From: Octopus bimaculoides
Lineage: Eukaryota
NCBI RefSeq assembly: GCF_001194135.2
Contig: NC_068988.1
Span: 94,776,874 to 94,840,873 of the forward strand
Direction of reading: 5' to 3'
DNA length: 64,000 nucleotides
Of the stretch, positions 13,501-26,473 are shown in pieces (within the stretch, counting starts at the first letter, position 1; every line of letters begins with the position of its first letter). The notes under the pieces are model-generated. The model was not told the DNA's origin, ran no database searches, and worked only from the letters and a program-made list of their open reading frames with translations. The translations under genes and the position numbers were made by a program.

Positions 13501-14289
13501 AATCATTATTAAATTTTCGATCTACAATACAAATTCTTTAATTTATTAATCTCAGTGGCTCACCAAGAGTTTCAGAAAAATTAGGCAAAAAGAAAAATAG
13601 AGGAGTATTTGCAAAATAGTTAAAGGGTCGCGTATAGAACTTTTTTTTTTAGTATGTAGTTACGTTCTTTTACGTTCTGCGTTCGAATCCCGCCTAGCTC
13701 GGTATTATTTTCTACCTTTCGGGAACGGAATAACACCAAACGATAATCATGTAACAGGAACGGGGTAATTGAATACACTCTATATATGTATGAATATATA
13801 TGGCTACTTTATACAAACATACATATATACAGCATATATTTATGACTACTTTCTGTTTTACTATTTTAAAAAATATATATTTATGTGTCTGTGTGTTCTA
13901 CGTTATATATTTTAATAATTACTGGTATTTTTGTATGTGTAAAGCATGATCTGTAATACATGTATGTATATTATTATTATTGTTTTTTCTTATTTAAAAT
14001 AAATAAATAGATATAATATAATGTTTAAAAGTTGATGAATACCACCTCTTGATCCCCTCCATTTTCTTATTGCCGTATACATTAAGGGCAAATAAATGTA
14101 TGTATATATATACACATACACACACACACACAAATACACGCACATATATATATATATATATACATAGTGTGAGATAGAGATAGAGGTGCATATATAGTCG
14201 TATGTGCGTGTGTGTGTGTGTGTGNNNNNNNNNNATACATGTACATATAGATGTATGCATCCATCCATATACGTGTGCATGCATTCACG

Positions 14290-14320
<31 letters not shown>

Positions 14321-14704
14321 GTATGTATGTATGTATGTATAGAAGTGGTGTATGGTTTTTTTTTCCTTTTGCCCGGAAGTGTAGACGGCAGATGTTGAGT
14401 AAATCAGTTGAGTTGTGACTGAATCTGTTTTAGGACATAAAAAAATCAATTTCCGAAAGGTTAAATACGAGATAATTCAAGTGTGTTTTCAAGAAAAATT
14501 CACAGGAGTATTTATAGGACTTAAGATATAATATTTGTGTAGGACATCACATTCTAACAAGTGTGCAGCTGATATGAAAACATACTCACACGCATGCACA
14601 AAAGCCTTGAAGCACAGAACCGCATACACAATACAACACACACTTACACACATAAAACTTATCTAACCCTTACATGTTTATATATATTCTTTTTTCCTTT
14701 TATT

Positions 14705-15453
14705 ATTTTATTCTTTTATTTGTTTCAGTCATTTGACTGCGGCCAAGCGGGAGCACCGTCTTTAGACGAACGAATCGTTTTCAGGACTTGTTTTTTGTAA
14801 GCATAGTATTTATTCTATCGGTCCTATTTTGCTGAACCCCTATGTTACGAGGATTTAAACAACACACCAACATCAATTGTTAAGCGGTGGCGGGGGGACA
14901 AACAGAAACGGACAAAGAGATACACACACACACACGTATATATANNNNNNNNNNNNNNNNNNNNNNNNNNNNNNNNNNNNNNNNNNNNNNNNNNNNNNNN
15001 NNNNNNNNNNNNNNNNNNNNNNNNNNNNNNNNNNNNNNNNNNNNNNNNNNNNNNNNNNNNNNNNNNNNNNNNNNNNNNNNNNNNNNNNNNNNNNNNNNNN
15101 NNNNNNNNNNNNNNNNNNNNNNNNNNNNNNNNNNNNNNNNNNNNNNNNNNNNNNNNNNNNNNNNNNNNNNNNNNNNNNNNNNNNNNNNNNNNNNNNNNNN
15201 NNNNNNNNNNNNNNNNNNNNNNNNNNNNNNNNNNNNNNNNNNNNNNNNNNNNNNNNNNNNNNNNNNNNNNNNNNNNNNNNNNNNNNNNNNNNNNNNNNNN
15301 NNNNNNNNNNNNNNNNNNNNNNNNNNNNNNNNNNNNNNNNNNNNNNNNNNNNNNNNNNNNNNNNNNNNNNNNNNNNNNNNNNNNNNNNNNNNNNNNNNNN
15401 NNNNNNNNNNNNNNNNNNNNNNNNNNNNNNNNNNNNNNNNNNNNNNNNNNNNN

Positions 15454-15488
<35 letters not shown>

Positions 15489-15945
15489 ATATATATGAAG
15501 ATATAGAGACGGGGAGAAGAGCAGTTAAAAAAAAACAACTTCCATGCCTGTTGAATGACCGTTGTTTTAAACAAGAAGAAAGGCATTTGTCCTTGGTACG
15601 AGAATGATGTAAGGCGAGCGAGATAAATGAAGCATATCCTAAGGTCAGCCAGGTTAATACAACTGAAGATCACAGTATATACTTATTTAGATTAAATTGA
15701 TTTTTTTTTTAATTTATTTATTTAGTTTGTACATTAAACGTGAAACTAGGTTTGTGTTAACCACGCTGACCTTAGTACATACTTCATTTATTTCGCTCGC
15801 CTTACATCATTTTCGAACCAAGAAGAAATCCCCTTGTTTTATTTAAAAACAACGACCATTCAACATGCCTGGAGTTTTTTTTAACTGTTCTTCTCCCTCT
15901 CTCTATATCTTCATATATATTGTGTGTATATATATATATTTATAC

Positions 15946-15984
<39 letters not shown>

Positions 15985-16093
15985 CGATGGGTTTCTTTTA
16001 GTTTCTGTCTACCATATTCACTCACAAGAAGACACTTGGCCAAGGTGCCCCGCAGTGCGACTGAACCCAGAACCATGTGGTTGGGAAGCAGCT
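14705..16093 (-). mobile_element. tRNA-derived SINE family B, split: tail half ~14705-14945, head half ~15980-16093
   Basis: The tail 'tttcagtcatttgactgcggcc..ggagcaccg' and the head 'gaacccagaaccatgtggttgggaagcagcttcttaccacacagccac' match other family B copies. They are separated by an N-gap and a foldback element lying in the internal microsatellite. Confidence 0.75.
15485..15925. mobile_element. Foldback / MITE-like element with ~175-180-bp inverted arms
   Basis: 15485-15663 is the reverse complement of ~15750-15925 (roughly 75-80% by eye). Examples are cacaatatatatgaagatatagaga / tctctatatcttcatatatattgtg and gatgtaaggcgagcgagataaatgaag / cttcatttatttcgctcgccttacatc. The AT-rich spacer is ~86 bp and both ends abut (TA)n. 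Confidence 0.75.
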
Positions 16094-16154
16094 TCTTACC
16101 ACACAGCCACGCATGAATGTGTGTGTGTGTGTGTTTGTGAGTGTGTGTAGTGAA

Positions 16155-16450
16155 GGCGCGTGGCTTAGTGGTTGGGGTATCTGGCTCACACTCATATGGT
16201 CGCGAGTTCAATTCCTGGCGGCGCGTTCTGTCATTGAACTTTATTGTACGTTGCTCCAGTCGATTCAGCTGGCAAAGCTGAGGTGTACCTGTAATTCAGA
16301 GTATTTTCTGTCATGCTCAATCTCCCTGAGAACTACGTTAAAGGCACGCATGTCTGTGGAGTATTCAGCCACTTAAACGTTAATTTCCCAAATCGGTTAT
16401 TCCTTTGATTGGACCAACTGAAACCCACATCGTCGTAAGCGACGGAATGC
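16155..16450 (+). mobile_element. tRNA-derived SINE family C
   Basis: A-box TGGCTTAGTGG and B-box GAGTTCAATTCC, followed by a non-tRNA body ('ttgctccagtcgattcagctggcaaa...ctccctgagaactacgttaaaggcacg'). No 3' acceptor stem of a real tRNA is present. Confidence 0.7.
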
Positions 16451-16992
16451 AAGTTTATATATGTATGTAAGCATATATATACATACAGATGCATATATGT
16501 GTGCGTGTATGTGTATACAAGACATTTTAATAATTGTTAAATGTTTTTGTTTTTTTTTAAACAACTCACAGTGTAATCAATAATGTACTTTAAACGAATG
16601 TCGGATAAATATATTTGCAAAAAGAATATTGAAGATTTAAATACAAATTCATTGTTCAAGTGTGATGTCGGTGGCGATACGCGCCAGACAGGCTTCTCTC
16701 GTATGAAACCTGAATTTATAGGCAAATAGTTGTCGTTAACTAATAATTTTAATATATATATATGTGTATATGTATATATATATNNNNNNNNNNNNNNNNN
16801 NNNNNNNNNNNNNNNNNNNNNNNNNNNNNNNNNNNNNNNNNNNNNNNNNNNNNNNNNNNNNNNNNNNNNNNNNNNNNNNNNNNNNNNNNNNNNNNNNNNN
16901 NNNNNNNNNNNNNNNNNNNNNNNNNNNNNNNNNNNNNNNNNNNNNNNNNNNNNNNNNNNNNNNNNNNNNNNNNNNNNNNNNNNGCACATATG

Positions 16993-17023
<31 letters not shown>

Positions 17024-17112
17024 TACATACATGTATGTAAGCATATTACATATATATGCTTATATACGTATACATCTATATATATTTATATGTATATATA
17101 TATATGTATATA

Positions 17113-17178
<66 letters not shown>

Positions 17179-17330
17179 GAGAGAGAGATAGATGCACGCA
17201 CACACACATACACATACACATACATATGCAATATATATGAATATTTTTAGGCACGTATATACACATATATAGTTAACTATATTTATAAATTTATTTATCT
17301 CTGTAGATATACGCGTGTGTCTATACACAA

Positions 17331-17365
<35 letters not shown>

Positions 17366-18384
17366 CGCACGCGTACACACACACACTCGCACACACGTAC
17401 ACAAACACATGCGCACACAATATTTCTGTATGCGAATCGCGTATATTGGATTACGTGAAATTATGTTACATGTGGATATAATTTATTATTTTTTCTAATA
17501 AACGTGCCAGGTCCGTTTCCTAAAGTTTTCCGGAGGTGGACATGGGACATGGTGCTGCAGACATTCATAGAGCTTCTCTTTTTTATAATTCTGTGAGTCT
17601 GCTAAAAAATTCCATCCATCTTTTACTTGACTCTTCAGGTCAATAAATAATTCTCATAGAATTCATTTTAAGACCATTTCAATTATACCAAATATGTAAA
17701 AACAGAAAAATATATCTGTTATTTTATTTTCATTTTTGCTTCAATAGTTAACTGGGAGATAAAATATTTTTCCATACTGTACGAGTTATTTTCTACTTCT
17801 GATAGAATATTGAGGCATGTGTAGGGTAAGGGGTGAGAAGGATGCGGGGTGGGTGAGTGAGACAAGTTGGAGAATTGAAGGTATTTGGGATACGAGATTT
17901 CAAGGCCGATGACAAATACACAAGTGCGAAGTGGACTATAAAGATTAGTCGATGAGAATGATGACGACGACGACGAGGATGCTGATGATGATGGTGACCA
18001 CCACGACGATGATGACGGCCACAATGATGTTAAAATGATTATGACAACGATGATGATGATGATTTCCTGTATGTAGAATGTTTAAATGGACAAATTGCAT
18101 CCTTTCAACCAGATCGTATCTAGAGTATTATTTATAGCAGTAGATAATGAGAGTATAAGTTGTCAACATTTTAATATCTGTAACTCTACTAAAACTTTTT
18201 TATCTGTACAACCAAGATAGGCTTCGCAAATAGGTACTCAATTATTTGAATCCCAATGCATCACTCATGGCGCGCTAATCTTACAGAGACTGGATTAGTT
18301 AATTAGTTAAGAGGGCGTTGACAGAACAAATTTTCAAGAAAAAATGGTGGTTCACCCTCAAAAAGTTGATAATAACTATGTGTA

Positions 18385-19400
18385 AGCTCATTTCTAATAT
18401 ACTCAAGTGTTTATGCTGAGAAATGTCAATTTTTCTCAACATTATCCCTGAGGTGGTAATTCTATACCTTCAAGTTTGTTGACACTTCTTCCTGTCATGA
18501 ATATTATTCTATATTTTTTAGACCAAATTCCCTCTTCATGTTCTTGCTAAAGCAATGTGCCTTGTTCACTTGAGCTTTGTCCTTCCCATGCAGATTGAGG
18601 TCATCCATAAATAACAGATGTTTCATATTTGGTTGTTTACCTTTAAACTAATATCCAGATGTTACTTTTCTCAGTAGCAATGTTAAACGAATCATGCAAA
18701 AACAAATTGCAAAGGAGTCGCAGTTTCCTTCAAAAATATGTCTTTTGACTCTTAACCTTCCTAGGTTCTGTCCATACAATGTGGGCTCAATTTTCCAACT
18801 TTCTATGCTTTTTCTCAAAAAACAACTCTTGGCATTCTTTGCAATCGCAAACACATTCAAACATTCAATGATCCACGAACGCGGTGTCATTTCAATCATC
18901 TATTCAGACCATTGCTAAATATATCTTCCTTCGCCACTATTTTATCTACGAGTAGCTGGTCTTTAGTTTTCTTGCAATCTCGTTTACAGCCTTTCCTCTC
19001 AAACAGGGATATTCTTCCAGGGATATTATTCCAGTAAGCAGCTTTACATCAATGGGAGGCATGATATAAAGTCTATTGTTATTTACAGCATTCCTTTTTG
19101 AAGAATCTTTCAAACACAATATTGTTCGTCCTATAATTATCCACCCAGGAATCTCATCATTCCCGTTGATTGGAGCAATATGCTGTTCTGTTATTTTTTT
19201 ATAGCCACCTGTCGAATTCTTTATCCAATACCTCTGAACAAAATCGGATCCAGTTACATTCCAATTCCTCATCTTCCTAGCAACTTGTTACACATTTTCT
19301 TTTCCAATTTAGTATTTTTTTTATTTTCTGTTGTTGATGTTGTAACCATTCAGCTTCACCATTATTCCGTTCTTCCTAATTCCATTTCTCATGGCTTGAA
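18385..19400 (-). mobile_element. Decayed R4/Dong-like non-LTR retrotransposon, reverse transcriptase region
   Basis: Minus-strand peptides with stops and frameshifts: EAEWL, RKMRNWNVTGSDFVQRYWIK, IPGWIIIGRTILCLKDSSKRNAVNN, KLLTGII, PRSWIIECLNVFAIAKN, GQNLGRLRVKRHIFEGN, LLFMDDLNLHGK (catalytic motif ~18598-18612) and HKHLSILE. Confidence 0.85.
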
Positions 19401-19959
19401 GTCCATTAAGAGATGTGCCTCGGAGAGCAGCAATAACATTGTTCATTCTTCCTGTTGATGGATACTGCAGGTTGCTGGAGCATTTGTAGTCTCTCGTGGA
19501 GAGACTTTTGGCAATTGCGAATTCCAGATGAGGAAGTGGAATGGAGCTTTCAACTCTATTTGATGTCGTGGAAGTCCTTCCGATGGTCACGGAGTTTCTA
19601 GATAAAGGGGAACTGAGAGGTGGGATCTACATTATCCCGGCACCCGGAGGGTGTTGTAATCTTGGCAAATTAAATATTATTCGGATAAAATTTGCAGTTG
19701 TAGCTGTTGAATACACTTCGACTCAGATTTTAAAACCTACAACCTAAAGTTAAATTCTTAACGACTTTTTTTTGCATGAATTCAATGGACATACACTAAT
19801 CTCTTATAAATATTTTGTAAATATTCTTCATGGGTACACATGCACATAAACACACTGACATAGATACGCATCTACATGCATCCTTGCATACATACACGCG
19901 CACGTAGATACATAGGTCCGGCCTTCGCCATGATTGATCGCAAGCCACTAAACCTCTTT

Positions 19960-20130
19960 CTTATTTTCTCTCTATGCTTATTTTTGTGTTCCTTTCTGTC
20001 GAAGAGCGTAGGCTCGAAATGTAAAAGGCTTTCTCACATCCCGAGCGTTAAACTAATGCATCTGTTTTTTGTTTACACAGCCGTCTTCGTCTTTTGTTTT
20101 TGTTTTTGTCTTTGTTTTTTTTGTAAATTC
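19960..20130 (+). mobile_element. Penelope-like pseudo-LTR-type repeat carrying a minimal hammerhead ribozyme
   Basis: Shares ~150 bp with 30400-30560 and contains the hammerhead motif at 19991-20028. The Penelope assignment rests on the known association of minimal hammerheads with these elements. Confidence 0.55.
19991..20028 (+). ncRNA. Minimal type I hammerhead ribozyme motif (variant core)
   Basis: CCUUU-CUGUCGA-A-GAGC(GUAG)GCUC-GAAAU-GUA^AAAGG. Stem I is CCUUU/AAAGG, stem II is GAGC/GCUC, stem III has no loop, and the cleavage triplet is GUA. Confidence 0.65.
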
Positions 20131-20398
20131 CAATTAGGTAAATACGTACGTACGTACGTACGTACATACATATATACATACATACATACATACATACATA
20201 CATACAATTTGGCACAGATAAATGATCAACCGATTATTTTTCTGGAATGAGTTCCAAATAATAACGCATTAACGTCTGTGACAACTTACTTGTGTACAAA
20301 AATTTTCCCAATTATCACATGGAAATTAAAAGCATCACAAGGAAGAGACACGAAAGGGAGGAGGAGGAGGAGGAGGAGGAGGAAGTTGCTGACAATGA

Positions 20399-20449
<51 letters not shown>

Positions 20450-20966
20450 CGTAACCTATTGATGATTAACTGAAGCAAATATTGAAGGATTGCACCCAGT
20501 AGCAGCAGATATCAGTAGCGTATCAATAGAAAGTCGTTCTCTCATGCTGTAATTCCAATCGAGTCTAAAAGAAGAAACAGCCTCGAGCATGAAATGAAGA
20601 GAATAAAAATAGAATGTTGCTCGATTATTGTTATTCTGAGCAGCAAGTAAAACAAACGTATAAAAGGAGGAATCTGACAACTGTTCAGCTGACGGTACAT
20701 TTGTCAATCACTTTTCTACATAACATAGGAGACATCTCTTTAATAATCATCGGAAGTGTTTGTATAAGTAAAGCGGAAAGGAAGTCAAATCTAATCTAGC
20801 ACAAGTATTGAACGAAACAAATTTTCGCAAAAAGAAGCGAATGAGAGATAGCTTTAATATTCATTGTTGTTTATTTTCTCGCCCTATCAAGTCAGAATAA
20901 ATAAATATAAATGTGTAACGGGAGTGGAAAATTGCAGAGAAGCATAAACAAAAGAGAATGTCTTCC

Positions 20967-21295
20967 TAGGCGCAGACGTGGCTGTGTGCTAAGAAATGCA
21001 CTCTTCGACCATAAGGTTTCCGGTTCGGTCCCACTGCGTGGCACTTTCGGTAAGTGTTTTCTAATATAGCCTCGGGCCTTCCAAAGCCTTGAGAATGAAT
21101 TTGGTAGATGGAAACTGAAAGAAGCCCGTCGTATATATGTATGTATGTGTGTGTGTGTGCGCGCGTGCGTGTGTATGTGTGTCTTTTTTTCCCTGCCCCA
21201 CACCACTTAACAATCAGTGTTGGTGTGATTAAGTCCCTGCTACCTAACGGTTCGGCAAAAGACACCGATAGAATAAGAACTAGACTTTAAAAAAC
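20967..21295 (+). mobile_element. SINE family B, 3'-truncated
   Basis: Head 'taggcgcagacgtggctgtgtgctaag...ggttcggtcccactgcgtggcac', body 'tttggtagatggaaactgaaagaagcccgtcgtatata', internal (TA)/(TG) microsatellite, then 'aacggttcggcaaaagacaccgatagaataag'. Confidence 0.8.
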
Positions 21296-22297
21296 ATTTC
21301 AGACCGTATGCCTTTTGTAGTAAGGAATATACTTTCCTATCTTATTCAAAATATAGATGAGCTTATAATTAAACTGGTTATAATTAAACTGGTTATAATT
21401 ATTATAGTAAATGCTATTTGAACATTATAGTTAATTTTGCTAACAACGACACAGAAAAATGACTAAACCGAATATCTTGAAATATTTCGTTATTTCAATA
21501 GTTTCAATCGAAATCTCAACAAGATCATCATCATCCGCTTTCTGAAAAAAAAAAAGCAGTTGAAATTGTTGTTTTGCGGTCGAGTCCTGTTGGAGTTTTC
21601 GGTGGAATCATAGGCTCACGTTCTGAAGACTTCCACTTCACTTACATGTGTCTAGCGCAGTGAGTCATACACCCTCATTTTCCCCCTCAGGCTATACAAG
21701 CCAAGACACGCTTTCCAACGATGACTGGCCTGCAATTAATTGCTCTGGTTAATTCTTCCTAAACCACTTTTGGGAAGCTATACCGAACCATTTGAGAGTA
21801 AGCAGCCAAGGGCTGAAGGTCTTGAAGACAGTGCCAGGAACAGAATACGAGCTATTGATTCTCTCAGCGGGTTGTCCACTGGCACTTCCATTCCGTGTAT
21901 CACATCGGTGATTTATTTTAATTGAAGTTTGGACTCATTGATTAAAAAAAAAAACATTTGTGAGGAGGGGCAGCTGGATTAGGCAGAGGATAGATGTCAT
22001 GAGAAGAGTAACCTGCGTCGATCAGACAAAATAAATCGAAGACAATCAATTTCTAATTAGTGAAAGTTGTTACCTTTCAAATTGAGTGTAACTTTGGAAG
22101 CATACGTTTGCTACCTTGTGGAATCTGGAAGTACAGCAGAAAATAGAAGAATTGGAATTTTAAGTTCTGTCAAATACCTTGGTGCTTATAAAAATAATGA
22201 AATGATACCAATTTTCGAAAGACAAATATTTGTTACTCAATCGTTCACTGACTCTTCTCTTCCACCTATGTGTGTATGTATACATATATGTGTGTGC

Positions 22298-22328
<31 letters not shown>

Positions 22329-22853
22329 AGTAAAAGCAGACGAATGGATGATATGCAACTGCTTTAGTAGTTTCGAATCTTTACTGTAACCTAAACATGG
22401 TACAGCTATGTATGCAATGAGCACAACATCCCTGAACTTTACGCAACTTTACGCAACTCTAAGCCTGATGAGTTGGGAGTAGCACAGCGTATTACATGAT
22501 ATTAAGGATGTTGGGCATACTACGTACCTGATTATACCTAGTATACATCACAAAAAAAAATTCTCAATGAAACAATTGCAATTGTAGCCGTACCACATTA
22601 TCCATTCGTTTGATTTTATTATGATTTTACGCCACTCTTAAGATTCCATTCATTCTTTGGAAACTACTGGAGTTGCAGCTGAGAATTACCATACAACATT
22701 GAACTTCCCTTCATCGATATATTCTGTGCTATCATAATAGATTACTTAGTGAACTCTCTGATTTGCGTTATTCTGTCTAGCCTTCAATTGTGGCGTGCTT
22801 CACTCTGATACGTCTCGATCCTTAATGGATCCCCCTTCAATCAAAATCATATA

Positions 22854-22912
<59 letters not shown>

Positions 22913-23789
22913 GCATATATAATCCTGAAGATATATGCAATACATACATATATATTTAATATATATATAGTGCATATATAATTCATAAAGTATGCATAAT
23001 GTATGCGTACCTTATCAATGCGTAAACACCAATACAATACATAAAAATATGGAGTATATAAAAATACTAACAATATTTTAAAAATCAAACAACATAAAAC
23101 AGCAAACTAAACAGAAATGGCAGCGAATTCCTCTTGAATCAAAACCTACCGTCTCTGAATGAAAAGAACTGAATATAAGATAATGTATTCTATTTTCTGA
23201 AAAGAGAGGTCATGTCTAGAATTCCTTTGATCACGGTTCTGCTTCATCAGGATTGCGCCTCCGGTTAAATAACAACACCACTTCAAATGAAGATGATAGG
23301 AGCGACATTGCTACAACAACAGCAACAACAACAACTGCAATAACTGTATGATAAGCACCGAAGTAAAGTCACAGCAAATGTTACATTGAACAATATCAAA
23401 AGCATTAACAACAACAACAACAACAACAAACACTATAATACTTCATACGTATTACAACTCAACGAAATAATGATCACGTGATCGGCGACGATATAGAACA
23501 TAATGTATGTTTTTAAATAAAAGTTTCTTTCCTTTTTTTTCAGCAATATAGTTTATGAGTCAATGAGATAAACACTATGCGGTTGGCCCACCCTGTAGAT
23601 ATGGCACCTAAGTGGCCTTCACATCATACCCTACTACAGTTGTCATTGGACTATATATTTTTTGATAGACCTCATATTTTAACCGTTCTATTTCGTGCAG
23701 CCGTTGTCCATTTACATTCGCCATCTTTAAATAACAAGATATTTCTACTACTATGCCTCTCGTCCATGACAGAGAAGCGTTTTTACGAT

Positions 23790-23995
23790 ATTCTGTTCTA
23801 CTCTAGGCACAAGGCCCGAAATGTTTGGGAAGTGGAGCAGTCGATTAAATCGACCCCAGTACGCAACTGGTACTTAATTTATTGACTCCGAAAGGATCGA
23901 AGGCAAAGTTAACCTCGGCGGAATTTGAATTCAGAACGTAAAGACAGACGAAATACCGCTAAGCATTTCGCCCGGCCTGCTAATATTTCTACCGC
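23790..23995 (-). mobile_element. SINE family A, full length, tail type 1
   Basis: 'ttctactctaggcacaaggcccgaaat...tcgaccccagtacgcaactggtactt...gaatttgaattcagaacgtaaagacagacgaaataccgctaagcatttcgcccgg'. Confidence 0.85.
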
Positions 23996-24699
23996 TTTTT
24001 CGATATTACCGCTCATAGCAAACTTTTGGAATAATATTTTTTTCCATTGGTTCTTTACATACGGCCATCTAATGATTCCCATCTTGTCAAACTGGCCTTT
24101 TTTCAACAAGACTAAATATAGATTACTGTGCATGCAAACCAAAATATCAACGGTGCCGTGTGTTTGTCTTAGGCACATCCATGAAAAGTGTTCGAAACGT
24201 GAATAACGCACCTTCAAAAAAAGTTCCAGCCGAAAGCTCTTTAAAAAGACTGGATGATTACGGTTGGAACATTTTAAAACGATGCTGGAATGTCACAGCT
24301 GGGAAGTTATTGAAAGATGGGCCGAAGACATACACGGACATATTTCATCTCTATAATTACCGTTCATATTTAATCACATGAAAAGAAACCAGGAAAAGAT
24401 AGCAGGCTATAAACGGTCACGTGATGAAGTAACATTTGAATCGTCTGCCGAATCGAAAGAGCGCCGGGACAGATGAAGTCCTAAAAGCACATAATTTCAA
24501 TTAGTGATGCGTTTGGCATGGCCAGAATATCTTTCTTCATGGGTTTCGTTGATCAGTGCTGGTCTAGAAACAACGGCAACTATATTTTAAGAAACGCCAT
24601 CATAGTTTCTATTGTAAAAATTGTAAAAACAAATTTATAGTGAAGTTCATTAGTTTGGATTCAGTTCATAATCAAAAAAGAGGAACTTGACGTTTCAGG

Positions 24700-25010
24700 A
24701 TGGAGACATCAGTTGAGAGAAAACACTTCTTTTAATTGTTTTATTCATTTGAAAAAGTTCATTTCTCTAAAGCTTCATTGTATAATTTTCACCGACACAG
24801 ACTAGCATCAGGTCAGAAGATTCTGTGATTTTTTACGAAGTCTACAACTGATTTTTCACAATTTCTTTCCATTTCTTCGAACGATGCTGACTAGACTGAC
24901 ATCACTTTATTAACTGTGACGAATCTTCCCCTCATTGAATCTTCTTCTGTCCTTCAACGAAATTGTCTTTGGCTCTGAAGACACAGTAGACAAATTCTAT
25001 AAAACACATC
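24700..25010 (-). mobile_element. Possible very old mariner transposase N-terminal remnant
   Basis: Only weak motif echoes (VY..FRA..NFVEGQKKIQ*, GRFVT, VDFVKNHRI) of the helix-turn-helix and 'EGR.SVED..RSGRP' region. Confidence 0.2.
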
Positions 25011-25747
25011 ACACCACATTGGTGATTTAAATCAACCTCTGATTCGATTTTCAAGAAGTTCTTTGCTTTCTCTGTGTGTGCGTTTATGTGTTTCGAATTC
25101 TCCTCTTTCTCCTCCCCCTCTCTCTTCCTCTCTCTCTTTCTGTGAGTGCGTGTATATGAGTAGAAGTGGTTCTATATGCATGTGTGCTATTGTTATTGCG
25201 GGTTCTTGTTGTTGTTATCATTGTTGTTATGTTNNNNNNNNNNNNNNNNNNNNNNNNNNNNNNNNNNNNNNNNNNNNNNNNNNNNNNNNNNNNNNNNNNN
25301 NNNNNNNNNNNNNNNNNNNNNNNNNNNNNNNNNNNNNNNNNNNNNNNNNNNNNNNNNNNNNNNNNNNNNNNNNNNNNNNNNNNNNNNNNNNNNNNNNNNN
25401 NNNNNNNNNNNNNNNNNNNNNNNNNNNNNNNNNNNNNNNNNNNNNNNNNNNNNNNNNNNNNNNNNNNNNNNNNNNNNNNNNNNNNNNNNNNNNNNNNNNN
25501 NNNNNNNNNNNNNNNNNNNNNNNNNNNNNNNNNNNNNNNNNNNNNNNNNNNNNNNNNNNNNNNNNNNNNNNNNNNNNNNNNNNNNNNNNNNNNNNNNNNN
25601 NNNNNNNNNNNNNNNNNNNNNNNNNNNNNNNNNNNNNNNNNNNNNNNNNNNNNNNNNNNNNNNNNNNNNNNNNNNNNNNNNNNNNNNNNNNNNNNNNNNN
25701 NNNNNNNNNNNNNNNNNNNNNNNNNNNNNNNNNNNNNNNNNNNNNNN

Positions 25748-25781
<34 letters not shown>

Positions 25782-25809
25782 TTCTCTTTACCCCTCTAAG
25801 TGTCTCTCC

Positions 25810-25846
<37 letters not shown>

Positions 25847-26422
25847 TTCTCTCCATCTCTTTTAGTGCATGTCTATCAGCCTCTTTCTTTCAATTTCTTT
25901 CTCTCTCTCACTCACTCTCTCTCCCTCTCCCCCCTCTCTTTCTCTCTCTCTCTCTCTCTCCCCCATTCATTCACTTTCTCTGATTCATATACTTTGGAGT
26001 AAAAACCGACCCAAAGATGGATGTTCCAAATCGCTATTCTCTGCCACTAACTCTTCTCTCACATCCCTCTCTCTTTCCCAGCCATCTCTCTCTCTCTCTC
26101 TCTCTTTCTACCCCTGGCTCTCTCTCTCTCTCACTGTCTGTCTCTGTGTCTGTCAGTCTACCTGTCTGTCTGTCTGTTTCTCTGTGTGTGTGTCTATCTC
26201 TCTCGTTCACTCACTCTCTCAGTCTCTCTCCCTCTTTCTCTCTCTCTTTCTATCTATCTCCCTCTCTTTCTCTCTCTCTCTGTTTCTCTCTCTATCTCCC
26301 TCTCTCGCTTTCTCATTCACATGAGCCTTGTCTTCTGTTTGTACTGTATTCTAGCCTGTCTGCTCCCATGCTAGGCACTTAAGGCAAGGAATTTCCAAGA
26401 CAGCAGGCAGCAACAAACAAAC

Positions 26423-26473
<51 letters not shown>

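Noticed and set aside
16155-16225. tRNA-like sequence with A and B boxes
   Set aside because: There is no complete cloverleaf and it continues into a repeat body, so it is a SINE head. The same applies to family A and B heads.
19400-19750. GC-richer segment and ORFs upstream of the R4 RT
   Set aside because: No frame gave recognisable motifs, so it is left unassigned.
21365-21402. 15-bp tandem ttataattaaactgg x2.5
   Set aside because: An ordinary slippage duplication in AT-rich DNA.
21690-21746. Strong acceptor (ttttccccctcag) with open frame AIQAKTRFPTMTGLQLIAL
   Set aside because: Only a poor donor (gttaat) precedes the stop codon, and there is no recognisable homology.
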